IMG/VR virus record: IMGVR_UViG_3300019776_000564
Span: 1 to 64,000 of that record
Origin: a virus
Direction: 5' to 3' (one strand)
DNA: 64,000 nucleotides
In this document: positions 21,711 through 33,700 of the stretch, piece after piece
How positions within the stretch are numbered: position 1 is the stretch's first letter
How the letters are laid out: each line of letters starts with the position of its first letter
Notes under the pieces: generated by a model
Told to the model about the DNA's origin: nothing
The model's input: the letters and a program-made list of their open reading frames with translations, nothing else
The model's database searches: none
Made by a program: the position numbers and the translations under genes

Positions 21711-22006
21711 CCTGCTCAATCTCACTCATTCTTAAATACTCGCGTCGGCTTTGCACGATGAATAAGAGCCAGATCATGCACGCTATCACCGAAGAAACCG
21801 GTGAGCTTGCAACTGAGGTCGCTATCGATGCAGGCTACAAGAAGCGTGAGCATGGTAAAGACGGCATTATCGGGGAGGCTGTTGATGTGATTGTGTCGGC
21901 CGTAGATATGATTTATGCCGAAAATCCGCATATTACTGCGGAGGAAATCCATACTCTAATTTCTGCAAAGCGTGGAAAGTGGGCATATAACATCGAAAGG
22001 GGTTAA
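21707..22006 (+). CDS. MazG-like nucleotide pyrophosphohydrolase
   Basis: EETGELA..GEAVDVI. Confidence 0.7.
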   Translation: MTCSISLILKYSRRLCTMNKSQIMHAITEETGELATEVAIDAGYKKREHGKDGIIGEAVDVIVSAVDMIYAENPHITAEEIHTLISAKRGKWAYNIERG

Positions 22007-22010
22007 CAAG

Positions 22011-22403
22011 ATGGCTACGCTAACCCAAAAGCTGATCGCAAAGGCTCAGCAAGCGTGCGTAGCCTTCTACCACGTCGCAACCGACTACGATGACTGGGGG
22101 ACAATACCCGAACACTGGCTTCAGATTCACGCTGAGAGTCCTGCGCCGGGTTATATCAACAGATACTTCGTCCGAGTCAAGAGCACCAGACGCTTCGAGC
22201 ACCAGACGGATGCGTTGAGTGATATCGACCGAACTAGAGGCGTTGTGTGCGTCACCTTTCTGCACGGGGCGATCACGGCTGACACCGAATGGTATGTGAA
22301 GCCTAGTGGTCGCCATGCAAATCCACTGGAAAACTATCAATATAGAGACGCGCAAGAAGAGATTGAGGCTAACAAGCCAGAGGGGTATGGAAATTGGGCA
22401 TGA
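22011..22403 (+). CDS. Protein ending PEGYGNWA
   Basis: ORF; tail motif. Confidence 0.75.
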   Translation: MATLTQKLIAKAQQACVAFYHVATDYDDWGTIPEHWLQIHAESPAPGYINRYFVRVKSTRRFEHQTDALSDIDRTRGVVCVTFLHGAITADTEWYVKPSGRHANPLENYQYRDAQEEIEANKPEGYGNWA

Positions 22404-22828
22404 ATGTTGAAGAGTGCAAGTCGCTGATTTGCCAGATTATGAAAAATCTGATTTCCAAAGTGTCTGACGATGATCTGAAAGAACTCGGTACGGAAGAGAC
22501 TTTACGTCTTAGCGATGTTCTGGATGAGAAAATGTGGAAAGAGTCGAGCAAGAGAACCTCATCAAAAGATGGTGTTACTCGCGTTTTTTCCAACATATCA
22601 ATTGACGCCAAGATTACGCTGCAAGAAATCCCTAACGCTGATGGCAATTCTCACGTTGAAGTAAATATGACCAAGATACCGAACATACTTCAGCGAGCGG
22701 TGGATGCGGTGGATCAGATGGATCTGCCGGGTAGCGGAAATGTTGGCCCATCAGTAGCTCGACGTACTGAAGAAATTCCATCAATGAAAGAGGGGCCAAA
22801 GCCAGAAGGCTTTGGGATGTTCTCATGA
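22400..22828 (+). CDS. Protein ending PEGFGMFS
   Basis: ATGA coupling; tail motif. Confidence 0.75.
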   Translation: MNVEECKSLICQIMKNLISKVSDDDLKELGTEETLRLSDVLDEKMWKESSKRTSSKDGVTRVFSNISIDAKITLQEIPNADGNSHVEVNMTKIPNILQRAVDAVDQMDLPGSGNVGPSVARRTEEIPSMKEGPKPEGFGMFS

Positions 22829-24756
22829 CCGTTCGCACGCTTGTAGTACGAGAGGATGAGAAAGGACTGTACGTTAGCTATAAGGATATGGATCAGCGCA
22901 TCACCATACGTCCCGGTACTATTACTGACGCTGACAAGATTGGCCTCTATAGCAAAGGCGAAAAGATAAAGGTTCATCACTGGAACAAGATGATGGGCTA
23001 CCTCATGGTTAGAAAACATGGTGGCTACTTGGCGCAGTGTGTATGGCAAGGGCCACGTTACGACAATCAATCCCGCAAATGGGTATATGACAAATGAAAA
23101 CCGTATTCGATAAAACCTACAGCGCCGAAGAACTGGCTGATGTCGACCGCGATATCTGCGAAGCCTTTGATGACAATCCTGTGGTCGAAGAAATTCCCGT
23201 CGATGAAAAGGGCTTTCAAAAGGGTACCTTCAAAGTAACCATCACCTGGACTCCAGAATAATGAGTAAGGTTGAAGCTCTAATTCTGGTAGACACTTTGG
23301 GTGGAGAGTTCGAGGCTTCGATAGAAGTCTTTGAAGAGCCGGCAGAGAGAACGATCTGCATTACTATCGATGATGAGCCTCAAAGTTTTCATTCTGCCAA
23401 TTTGGGGTGGGAGGAAGCAAAGGCGTTGCGTGATTGGCTGAATGAGGCGCTGAAAGATGACTAAGTTCAACCCATACAGGCTCAAGAAGCCATGTGCAAA
23501 CTGCCCGTTCCTAAAGGACACCAGCAAAGCTATCAGGCTTAGCTCTGATCGAGTGCCAAGCATCATAGAGGATCTTCTCTCTGGCGAAACTACAGGCTTC
23601 ACCTGTCATAAGACTCTCAAGGGTCAATACCAAGAGTCTGACGATGATTACGGTGAAGTCTACGTTCCTGGCGAAAACGAACAGCAGTGTGCCGGCGTTC
23701 TTGCTGTCCTCGAAAAACTGAACCACCAAACTCAGCTAATGCAGGTTATGGGTCGCTTAGGCTTGTATAACCGCGATACTTATCGAGCGCTGTCTGACGT
23801 GGTGATCGACTATGAGCCAAAATAACAATCCTTTGATCGAAAGAATAAAAAGAGAGGGGTGCTACCTCGACATAAAAGAGCTGGAAGACGGGACGATAGT
23901 AGCCATCGGTGAGCTTATGTTCACCAGAGCGATCTATTGGGATTGCGATATATGTGGCTGGGGAAAGCGATTCTGCTATGAGGATCGTGATCTTGCGACG
24001 GCTCAGTACGCCTTAGCAAAAGATGGCGACGAGTACCCAACAGGTTGGATTGCAACTCGACCAGAGCCTTAGGCGTGATAAAGTGAGGCTTTGATAAATC
24101 AGAGGGCTTTAAACATGAGCAACAAGCTGAATGTCTCCAATTTCAACCTACAAATCGGCAACGATGAAGTGGTAGAAGCGAGCAAGGTTGCAAAGTTCAA
24201 AAGCGGCAACTTCGCGGTAGTTAAAGACACCGTTCGGATGTCAGTTGTTGGAGAAATGGGCAAGCCGGCATGTTTGCTTATTGAAGACTCCAAGAGCGGC
24301 TGGAAGCCAAAAGAGTCAGACTGCAACATCCTATGCTTCGATGTAACCATCAACGAACCCGGGCCTGATCGTGAGGTTATTCTGGCTCAGGTTGTTACGG
24401 TCAGCGGTATTGCGGCCGCCCAGATCGTTTGGATGGATCATGAGGCAACAGGTAAGGGTAAGGTTGTTCTCCGAGTCAAAGAGTACATGCCCGTAAATCC
24501 TGTCGATGTGGTCTTAAAAGGTGAGGTTGAGATTGGTGAAGAGATTTCGCTGATCCTCAGCCTTAAAAAGGACTCGAAGATTGAAGTGGCTACTATTGGC
24601 AGTCGGCTTAGCGTGGATTCGTTCCAGCTTAACGCTCAGTCGTATTCCAATGAGTCATTCAGGTTTGTAGTTGGGCCTCAAATCGAAGAAAACGATGACG
24701 GTCTTGCCTCAGTCGTCTTCACGACAATTGGCGTTCTCCATAAAGAAGCCCAGTAA
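22825..24756 (+). CDS. Run of hypothetical ORFs (22825-23097, 23094-23261, 23261-23464, 23457-23825 with PCANCPF, 23812-24072, 24115-24756)
   Basis: Coupled starts/stops. Confidence 0.7.
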
Positions 24757-24855
24757 GAAAGAGCGGCTGTCGGTATTTTATTGGCAGCCGCTTCCTGCCT
24801 CTATTTATAGCTTAAAATTCGCATGTGTTAATAACAACGCATGAGAGTAGAAAGC

Positions 24856-25425
24856 ATGAGCAAAGATAACCACGAACACAACCCAGAGTGCAGCCACTGT
24901 CAGATGCTCGCATCTGGCATGACTGAAGAGCAGGTTCGCGAAGCCTCCATTCAGCAAATCAAGGAAATGATCGAACGAAGCGGTATCGCGATCATTGGCG
25001 TTTCGCATGATGCCGAAAACAATGTTCCGGCATTCTTCTACACCGTTGGCTTTACTGACATCGGTATGCCAGAAGTGATTCTGTTTGGCCTGCCTGAAAA
25101 ACATGCTCTGCCAGCGATCAATCGCTACTTCAGTGAAGTCAAAGAAGGCACTCGCCCGAGTGGGCCTAGCCTGATCGATGACTACTTCAACCTGCCTGTC
25201 CAGATCATCAACGCAGACGCCGAAATTTCTTTGGGGATTGCGAGCGATACGGTCGCCTACTACGAGAATCAGGGTAAAGACTTGAAGCCAACCTTCGTTC
25301 AGTGGGTGCTGTCTGACAAGAATGGCGAGTTTCCCTGGAGCGAGAACTTCGAGCCTCACTTCTATCAGCCAGTAATCGGCCTTCCGCCGACTGAAGATCA
25401 GGCTTCAGACCGAGTTCTGCACTGA
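24856..25425 (+). CDS. DUF4262-like protein
   Basis: FFYTVGF..GMPEVILFGL, QWVLSDKNGEFPW. Confidence 0.75.
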   Translation: MSKDNHEHNPECSHCQMLASGMTEEQVREASIQQIKEMIERSGIAIIGVSHDAENNVPAFFYTVGFTDIGMPEVILFGLPEKHALPAINRYFSEVKEGTRPSGPSLIDDYFNLPVQIINADAEISLGIASDTVAYYENQGKDLKPTFVQWVLSDKNGEFPWSENFEPHFYQPVIGLPPTEDQASDRVLH

Positions 25426-25458
25426 TAACCATAAACAAATTCTGATCATGTGGTGAAA

Positions 25459-27302
25459 ATGAAAAGCCTCGAAACGTTGGTTGAAGTCCCGGAAGAGTTG
25501 AAGGGTATCTACTCTTCATTGGAAGAGTTGAAAGCTGAGTTGGCGATCGTTGCGCCAAACAGCGAGCGCAACGATGTTCTCATGGGTAAGATCTTTGAGA
25601 AATTGACCACTGCTGAGGCAGAAGAGGTCAAGAAAGAGATCACGGAAATCGCCGTTGCGATGAACGATCTGATGAAAAAGCGTTTCGGTGAACCAACGCC
25701 AGAAGCAATTACTGGCCTCATCGTGTTCTCCGACTTGCTGCACGAATACTGCGAACCGCCGGCACTATCGTCTGAGCAGTTTCACGTACTTGTGGATTCA
25801 GGCGCCTTTGACGAACTGATGACGGGTACAGGCAAGTAGTAGTAAGCGCTTGCAAAGTCCAACACCTGCCACTCGCTCTCTCGTAAACTAGCTTTAACGC
25901 AGCGCAAAAGCTGCGATTTACGAGAGAGCTTTCCCATGACCGACAAGAATATCCACCTCGCCAGCAATAAACTGATCGCCGCAGCTTTTGAAGCGGCCGC
26001 TGTTGGAGAACCCGGGCAGTGTGTTATCGGGGTTTTCAAAGGTCTCGCCATCACAGCCTTAAAGTTTGAAGCTGTGACAGAGCGAGAAGGTATTGTTCGA
26101 GCCATCTGCACTGGCCCAGATAACAGTATCGTGGGGATCTGCGAAGCCAAAAAGTTTGAAGATATCCACGACTACCTAATAACCCGGTGTCAGCTAGCTC
26201 CTGCTCGCGTGAACTATGAGTGGAGCAAGTTCATCACCGCGAATGAAGCCGCTCTCCCCTACAAAACTCGCTTTGAAGAGGCTGAGTTGTTCAACAAGGC
26301 CAGCGAAGAAGCATCTCTAGGAACGATGGGTCAGTTTGAAGCTAATGGCCTCATGTACAGCATCGTTCACAATTCCGCGTTTCGCATCGTCGATAAAGAC
26401 GCCAGCAAAGATAGAACCAATCCAGAGTTCTATACCGTGTACATCCAAAACTCATCCGTGCAAGACCCTGATGAGTGTCTGGTCGACACAGAGTCGTTCG
26501 ATACCACGTTTGAAGCGATTGTGTTCATTCGCAACCACATTGAAAAGTCCCTGATGAAAGAATTTATGCCGAAAATGTTCTAACTCACACAACCAGTTGG
26601 GGTGAATAACATGATCCAGAAAAAGATAGGCAAAATTACCTTCGGTGCCGGAATCATGAGCTTTGTGCCGGCCGACATAGACACCAGTCTCAGCGATGAG
26701 GTCGTTTATATGGCTGCTCTGGGTGACGCCATCAACAACGCAGGTGGTCACCGAAGCTTCATGCGAGAAAATGGCTTTGTCCGTCGCAACACACTCGGTC
26801 ATATTCAGATTCAGGGAGAAGGCTGGATCATCGATTTCAAGAGCGAAGAGTTTATTACCGAGTTCAATCGCCTCAAAGACTCGAAAGACTGGGTAGCTTT
26901 CGCCGCACTGTCTCAGTTCGACACAGTGACCTCGTTCGATAACAAGGGAAATAAGAAGCCATGAGCCGCATTGACCTGATCAAACAAAAGCTTGGCGAAC
27001 CTACCTTGATTCACACAACCTGGGGTGTCGCAGAAAAGTGGCTGTTAGGCGCTCGCGTATCTCTGATCAATTGGCCTGAGAATGCCGGGACGTATCTGTG
27101 CTTTATCCCAACTCAACAGCAAGACTCTCGGCAGCTTGAGTGGCGTGCGGGAGATCAAGCTGCATGGTTCAGAGAACTGTACCCACAGTTCGATAAGATC
27201 AGCCTGTCTCACAGTCAGACCATCAGCAGAGAAGGCTTTGATGAGTGGCTAGATAAAGTGATCGCAGCTATGGCGCTCATAGCAACAAAGGGCACGCTGT
27301 AA
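25459..27302 (+). CDS. Four hypothetical ORFs (25459-25839, 25936-26583, 26602-26964, 26961-27302)
   Basis: ORFs; terminator-like hairpin at about 27324-27350. Confidence 0.7.
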
Positions 27303-27799
27303 TTATCTAGTAAACGCTTGCACAAAAGCCTGCTCTAAGCAGGCTTTTTATTTGGTGAACATAGCGCCTTGGAATCGTGAACATGTGTAAACCATTAACA
27401 TTCTGATGCACAACCTTAGGCGCGACAAAAGCCAACAAACATAAGGGTGAAAAGCCTGTTTACCCGTGTTCGAATGTTAATGGGTTGTTAATACCCATGC
27501 AGAGACGAGACAGCGATCAGCTAAGACAGAAATTTGTCTCTGGGAAGACGTCTGAGAGCTTCTACAAGACGAGAACCGGATATAAACAAGTCAGCGTACT
27601 GCTCAAACATTCCCATCGCTTATACGAGCTTGTAGAAGCTCGACCATTTTACGAAAACAGAACTTTAGGACTCCGGGTTAGTTACCTGTTTGGGAGCCAA
27701 CTCTTCCCTATTTAATAACTAGATAATACAAGCTGAAGTATTAAATAAGGGAAGGGTTGGATGAGGCTCTTACCCTAGAAGCCAAAGAGAGGGAGTTGC

Positions 27800-28141
27800 A
27801 TGATCAACCCGGAACAAGAGCAGTTTCTGTCGACCATCTCGGCGCTTGCTCACAGCCTAAGAGGCCAAACTTTGACCGACTTGCAGTTGGATCAGCTTCA
27901 GATTGTGGAGCGTCTTCTGACCAACCTTGCTGTTCAGAAAGCAACTGAAAAGCCGGAAGCAAAGCCAGAGCCTGTCGAGTATCAGATCGGTGAACAGGTG
28001 ATGCTTGAGATGCCAACAGGTATGCAGCTAACAACGGTCATCGATAAGGTCGCTGCGGATACAGGCTACGAGTACAAGACCGCTGCTACTGGTCGCACCC
28101 TCTGGATTGGCACTCGCAGACTGCAAAAGGTGAGCAAATGA
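27800..28141 (+). CDS. Hypothetical protein
   Basis: GAGGGAG RBS; promoter motif 27697-27727. Confidence 0.7.
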   Translation: MINPEQEQFLSTISALAHSLRGQTLTDLQLDQLQIVERLLTNLAVQKATEKPEAKPEPVEYQIGEQVMLEMPTGMQLTTVIDKVAADTGYEYKTAATGRTLWIGTRRLQKVSK

Positions 28142-28674
28142 ATACCGAGTCTGAGTTCAAAGGCTTTCGATGGATCAAGTTCCATGAAACCTTGAAGATC
28201 ATGGGTTGGGATATGGCATGGGATCTGGACAACAATCTCAAGAATGAAGACCGTGTGGGAATCGTTCGCATTCTCCCGTCTATCAGGCTCTGCCCAGAAG
28301 GCTATGTAGCTATGCACCCGGAGCAAGAATCTAAAACGATCGCTTCAAAGCTGACCAAAACAGGCCATCTAGCAAGGCTCGTATCTATCAAGAGAGAAGG
28401 GTCTGCAAGATACGCAATAGAGATCTGTAACGTAGTCTCAGGGCGCAATTCTGCTGGCTATCCTGTTACCTACAACTGGGCCAACCTCGACGGCAAAATC
28501 CAAGAGCATACCCCTTACGTAAGCCTGTCTGAGGCTCTTGAGCAGTTCGCTGTAGATTGGGCAGGCAATATAGAAACCCCAATAGACTACGCAAAACTGG
28601 TCAAAAACAAGCCTATCGAGGCTCCTGTTGTGTCCCGGGCTGAGATCTATCAAGACTTCGGTACGTGGTCTTAG
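28138..28674 (+). CDS. Protein ending YQDFGTWS
   Basis: ORF; tail motif. Confidence 0.75.
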   Translation: MNTESEFKGFRWIKFHETLKIMGWDMAWDLDNNLKNEDRVGIVRILPSIRLCPEGYVAMHPEQESKTIASKLTKTGHLARLVSIKREGSARYAIEICNVVSGRNSAGYPVTYNWANLDGKIQEHTPYVSLSEALEQFAVDWAGNIETPIDYAKLVKNKPIEAPVVSRAEIYQDFGTWS

Positions 28675-28836
28675 ATACGGCTACCGCTTAACCCAAGCAC
28701 GTATCCCGTGTAACCCCATAGCTGTCTAGCTAGACTACACACAAGCGCACACAGATAGCGCTACGCAAGACCATTGGTAATGAAACAAGCAAGTCATGGA
28801 AGTCAACAAGCCCTTAAACCAAGTGGAGTGTTAACG

Positions 28837-29121
28837 ATGTCCAGTCAAGCTCGTATCAACAAAACCAACAGCGTCGTAGTCCCGCTAGTACAGACGAACA
28901 AGGCAGTATTGTCGTTCTCTGATCTGGTAGTAGGTGATCGCTTTCAACCCGTGTACGCAATCGGGAAAGGTTTCCCCGTATACACGAAAACCCGGCATGA
29001 CCAAGCGCGCTGTCACAGCCTTGAGTCGATAGAACTGAAGAAGAACAGCTATGGCTATCTCGAAGATCCAATCGTAGCCGTAGCTGCAAATGAGAAGGTT
29101 CGTTTTCTACCCGTCGAGTGA
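28837..29121 (+). CDS. Hypothetical protein
   Basis: GGAG RBS; promoter motif 28706-28736. Confidence 0.65.
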   Translation: MSSQARINKTNSVVVPLVQTNKAVLSFSDLVVGDRFQPVYAIGKGFPVYTKTRHDQARCHSLESIELKKNSYGYLEDPIVAVAANEKVRFLPVE

Positions 29122-29236
29122 GCTTCGACGTGGTAAAGGCTGTAGTGACCGTAAAGCTTTCTTAAGCCTCTTACGGTCACTTTCTTAAAACCGTTTTAAC
29201 CAAGGCAAACCTAAAGAAAAGCAGGAGCACACAAGT

Positions 29237-30077
29237 ATGTCCATCAAGCCACAAATCAAACCATGCAAACTCCCGGAGAACATCTATCTGCTTCTAGAGA
29301 ACGGCAAATACGTAGGCCGCACAACCGATCTCAAGAACGTCATCCATTTCGCAGAGCGTACTAGCCAAGGCAAGCTCAAGGTAGAAGTAGATCTGCTCAC
29401 TGATAACAGCCTTGAGAAGGTAGATCTAGAGATGCTTAAAAGTCTGCTCAAAAAGGAAAACTACAAAGCCGGCGTAGAGAAACGTCAGGCCACTTTGGCT
29501 AAAAAGAAACTCGAAGCCAAAGCCTCTGTTAACGGTCTTCCTGCAGGCTCTTACGGGATTTTCTCATGATCATTCGCAAACCACCTAAGGGTGAACCAAT
29601 CCCAGAAGCTTTGTTGATTCACAAAGAGAAATCCCTTAAAGGCCAAATCAAGAAAGCAGAACGTGACCTCAAACGTGTAACCACAAGAAAGAACCAACTG
29701 GGTAAACACGTCGTAGAAAGATTTCAGAAATACCTAGACCAACAGTTCACCACTCTCTATCAGTTTACAGAGTACCTAGAAACCAAAGACCTCGATTCTA
29801 TAAGCCTCAAGCAGAAGCAACCCGGATACCAAGACTGGGGAGGTTTCCAGTGAGCAAGAGAAACCCCAATAAATACAAACCTAAGTACAACCAATCACCT
29901 CTGTCCAAATTTTACAAAGAGGCTACCAAGGAAGAACGAAAGAAGGTTTTCCTAGAGGTAGCAAGAAAGGCAATAGAGAAACAGAACCAGATAAAGGATA
30001 GAGGTATACAGATAACCTTCATGGTCATAGATGAAATGACAGAGTACACAGGAGAGACAGTGACAAACCCGGGATAG
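29237..30077 (+). CDS. Three basic ORFs (29237-29569 ending YGIFS, 29566-29853 ending WGGFQ, 29850-30077)
   Basis: AGGAG RBS; coupled stops/starts. Confidence 0.7.
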
Positions 30078-30439
30078 AGGATAGAACCACATAGGGAATG
30101 CGTAGAGGTGTAGAGAGGTATCTGTAGAGAACCATAGAGATATGCAGCGTAAGAAAGACCTGTAAGGAAGGGCGTGGTTCCTATAGAGGTGTAAGGGGTT
30201 GATGTAAGGAAGGAGGGGTGGTGTGTATTCAATTCACTGTCTCTATCTACCATCACAGGCCAAACCTTACAGTCTGAGTACGGTCTATCTAGCTCAGGCA
30301 CACATGACGGTCCACCTAATCCCGGCACACAGACACACCTACGCGTGATAAGCAGAACCTTCTGATAAGTACAGAGGAAGCCATCCGGTAGCCTCTGTAC
30401 CTCTAACACTTACCTCTCTTCTCTCTATAGACTTCACTC

Positions 30440-30683
30440 ATCAGCTAGAAACAAGCGTAGACAAGCAGCTAGCAGACACAGTGGGAAGCGCTCTGAAAGC
30501 TCGCACAAGCGACGAACCAGATTTACAGATATCAGAGCGTAGACAAGCAGAAGAAAGAGCTTCCCAGCGTGTTACAGAATCGAGCCAGGATAGGGCGCAT
30601 ATACTATCCCTCTCTCTTACTCCGCCTGAGGAGTATTCAAGACCACAGTCATTCCCTCTCCTTTATGACTGTGGTCTCTTTTT
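30440..30683 (+). ncRNA. Putative ~245-nt small RNA
   Basis: CC-N13-TAGACT at 30413-30433, internal helices, 13-bp terminator 30640-30683, no credible ORF. Confidence 0.5.
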
Positions 30684-30710
30684 ATCAGCAAGCCCGGGAC
30701 TCCACGGGCG

Positions 30711-33700
30711 CCGCGGCTTTAACAAACACCATCTCTACCCAATAAGACCCAAGCCCCAACAGTGCCGCGGCTAGCTTTAATAAACGCCGGGCCGTGGGAC
30801 ACCGAGTCCTTGGTAAGATTGGAGCCGCGGCAAGCCACTCTATGGATAGATTTGGGAGAACCAGAAAAAGGCTATAGGTGCCGTTATATATCACCAAGGT
30901 GCGTGTTTACCGCGGGGATAAGAGATAGGCATTACCAAGAGATAGGTAAGAGGCTTGCCAAGGCGTTTAGCCGCGGGAGCCATGTTTACAAATGTTGGTT
31001 TATTCACCGTCTGCCAAAATTTCTCTTACACAGGCACAGAGGTTAAACACGGCTTATACGGTGATAGAGGTGAAAGCAGGCTGAGATAGGTCTACCGCGG
31101 CGGGTATGATGCCTAACCTTGGTTGTTTGAACCACCCGGTATGCCGCGGCTCGGCGGTGTTAAAAACCATAAAACAGGTACTAAACAGGCTACCGGATAA
31201 CACCACTTGCAAGCGTTTACTATGAATCAACTCAGAGCAACAGACTCTGGGAACACTGAGAGAGCACCTATGAAAGACCTGAACGTTTTGCTGAAACAAA
31301 TGCAGGCGCACGAAAACGGTATGACTCTTGAGCAGTATCTGGGTCACTTCACCGAAGTCACCAAAGAACAGCGCCTGTTCAAGCTTGAAAGCTGTGAAGG
31401 TGACACCGGGTTTCTGCTGCGCAACGAAGATGGTTGCTATCACATCTGGTACGTGAGCACCTCTACTTCTCCCCTCTATGAGGGTGAGCGTTACCACGTT
31501 ACAGAAACCGGAAGCTGGTATCCCAATCAGCTCAACGAGGCCATGACTGACCTCATGCTGCAAATGAAGATCGATTGTGCGGGGTTGATCGAGCGTAACG
31601 GGGTGAAAATTCGGTAGAGATGAAACATAGGGGCTTCTGCCCCTTTCTTGTAGATAGGTTTACCGCGGCGATTTTATGACTCCCGACACATACCTAAAGC
31701 AAGCGTTTACTCTAATGTTCTACGCACATGAGAGAGTAACCGATGAACAAGCTCAACTTCGCCGCATACCGGTATGCGCTGAACAACGCCAAAGAAGAAG
31801 TGCAAGATGGCCGTTACTTTGGCGTTAACTGTGTAATGGTTGAACTGGTCAGCATCGACCAAGATGACTATCTGGTGATCTACAGCGCAGTAGAAAACAC
31901 TGGACCAGATACGGCCAACATTTTCTACAACGGTGAGCACTGTGCTGGTGTTATACACATACCCGGCGATCAGTGGTCTAAAGCAAACACCGTATTCACA
32001 GAGTTGTTTGGTGTAGCTCTGAAAGACGGTTTGCGAGGTGTGAAAGCGTATTATGACTCAGTAGCGTAGAAATACGCTCACGGTATAGCGCTGTGAGCTT
32101 CTATAACGCGTTTTGAGAGCTTTACCGCTATAAAGATGAGTCGATGTACTGCTTGTCTTGGGAAAGCGCTCAAAACGCGTTATACGAGCTTCTAGATAAG
32201 CCGTGGCAAACGTCTGTCCCAGTACCTATTGCCAACAAGTGCCAATTGCAAGCGTTTACTATGATCTCAGTGAGCAGCGACACAGCTGCCGTTACTGAGA
32301 GAGTGATATGAAAACCACAGACTTCAAGGTGCTAGCGCCGGTTGCAGTGAAGGGTAAGAGCCTTCGTGAGCTTCAAAAGGCTTTCGTGGCCTATCGTGAC
32401 GACAACGATCTCGGTTCTCGTGACCTGAAACGCTATGACGGCTGTGTGTATCGCAGTGGTGTGCTTGTAGGCTACTTCTCGTACAACGGTCGCTTCTGGC
32501 GTAAAACGATTCACGGTCAACCACTTCACGTCACTTCGTATCACGGGAGCTAACGCCATGCAAAAGTACCAAATTCGCTACACAATCGGTGACAGCGCTC
32601 GCTGCCGTTACTTTGAAGGTGAATACGAAAGCGAAGGTGAAGCTATCGAAGACTGGGAAGACTACTGCGAGCGCTTCGACGACGGTGTTGATTTCATCGA
32701 TTGCCGTGAATTTGCAGAAAACGGTAAAGAGTTTATCGAATGAACAAGCTTGAACTCCGGGAGTTTCTGGAAAAGAAGGCCGCTGAGTACGCCTCGCGTA
32801 ACCCTATCTATACCCATGCAGAGAGCTTTGACCAAGAAAAGCGCCTCAAAGCCAAGATTGAGACCCGTAAGAAGCCTGCAAACCTCACACAAGACGGTTA
32901 TGTGGTGTATCTGAACGAGCTTAAAGTCGGCACTCACAAGACAGAGGTTAAGCCTTCAGAAGACTTGTGGGACGTAGAAATGCCCCGTTATGAGGTTCGC
33001 TACAAAGAAAGGGGTAGTACGGTAATCAAGAGATGGCGCTGCTATGCCCAAGATGCAGACGAAGCCATTGAAGACTTCAAGCACCTGTACAAGAAAACAA
33101 GCGTGGTGAAAGCTTGGATCATCGAGGCTATTAAAATTAGCGAATAGCCATAAACAAAAAAGCCACTTCTTGTTAGAAGTGGCTTTGTTCGTCGGGTATA
33201 GGCATAGCCTATACCCTAGAACGGTAGATTGTCAAGAGCCGCGGCATAGGTTTGTTTACCAACATATGCCAATAGCAAGCGTTTACTATAACAACAGATC
33301 GAAGCAAACGACTTCGACAGTAGAGAGAGCTTTACCATGATTGATTCCCAGATTCTCGCCGGATTATCCGAAGAGCACCGTGAGCGTGTTCTGAACATGA
33401 ACCGTGTAACACCGTTCTTGATGATGTGTGAAGCTGTAGGTTCAGAGGCTCTACCGTCGCAGATTGCTCGCCTCGAAGAATCTGCCAAGAAAATGTTTGC
33501 ACCTGAGTATCGCTTCTATGCTCACCGCGCTGCCGAACTTTGCGGCATCAAGCTGAACCTCGAACGCACCGAAACTGATAATGACGGTATCCCACTATGA
33601 TCGCCACAGCAGTTGTTCAGAAAACCGTGTTTCTCGTAATCATGGCCTGCACAGGCATGAGAGATACAGCCTGTGATGATTCTGTCTATGCCGAATCTTG

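Noticed and set aside
14670-22828. G-x-W-S tail as a by-product of Shine-Dalgarno plus ATGA overlap
   Set aside because: It may contribute at 18476 and 16651, but members at 15286 and 28674 end in TAG with no overlapping gene, codons differ, and the upstream KPE-x-Y is conserved.
29912-31046. ORFs 29912-30409(-), 30481-30774 and 30762-31046
   Set aside because: No RBS; they cross a terminator and the repeat motifs. The region is better read as non-coding.
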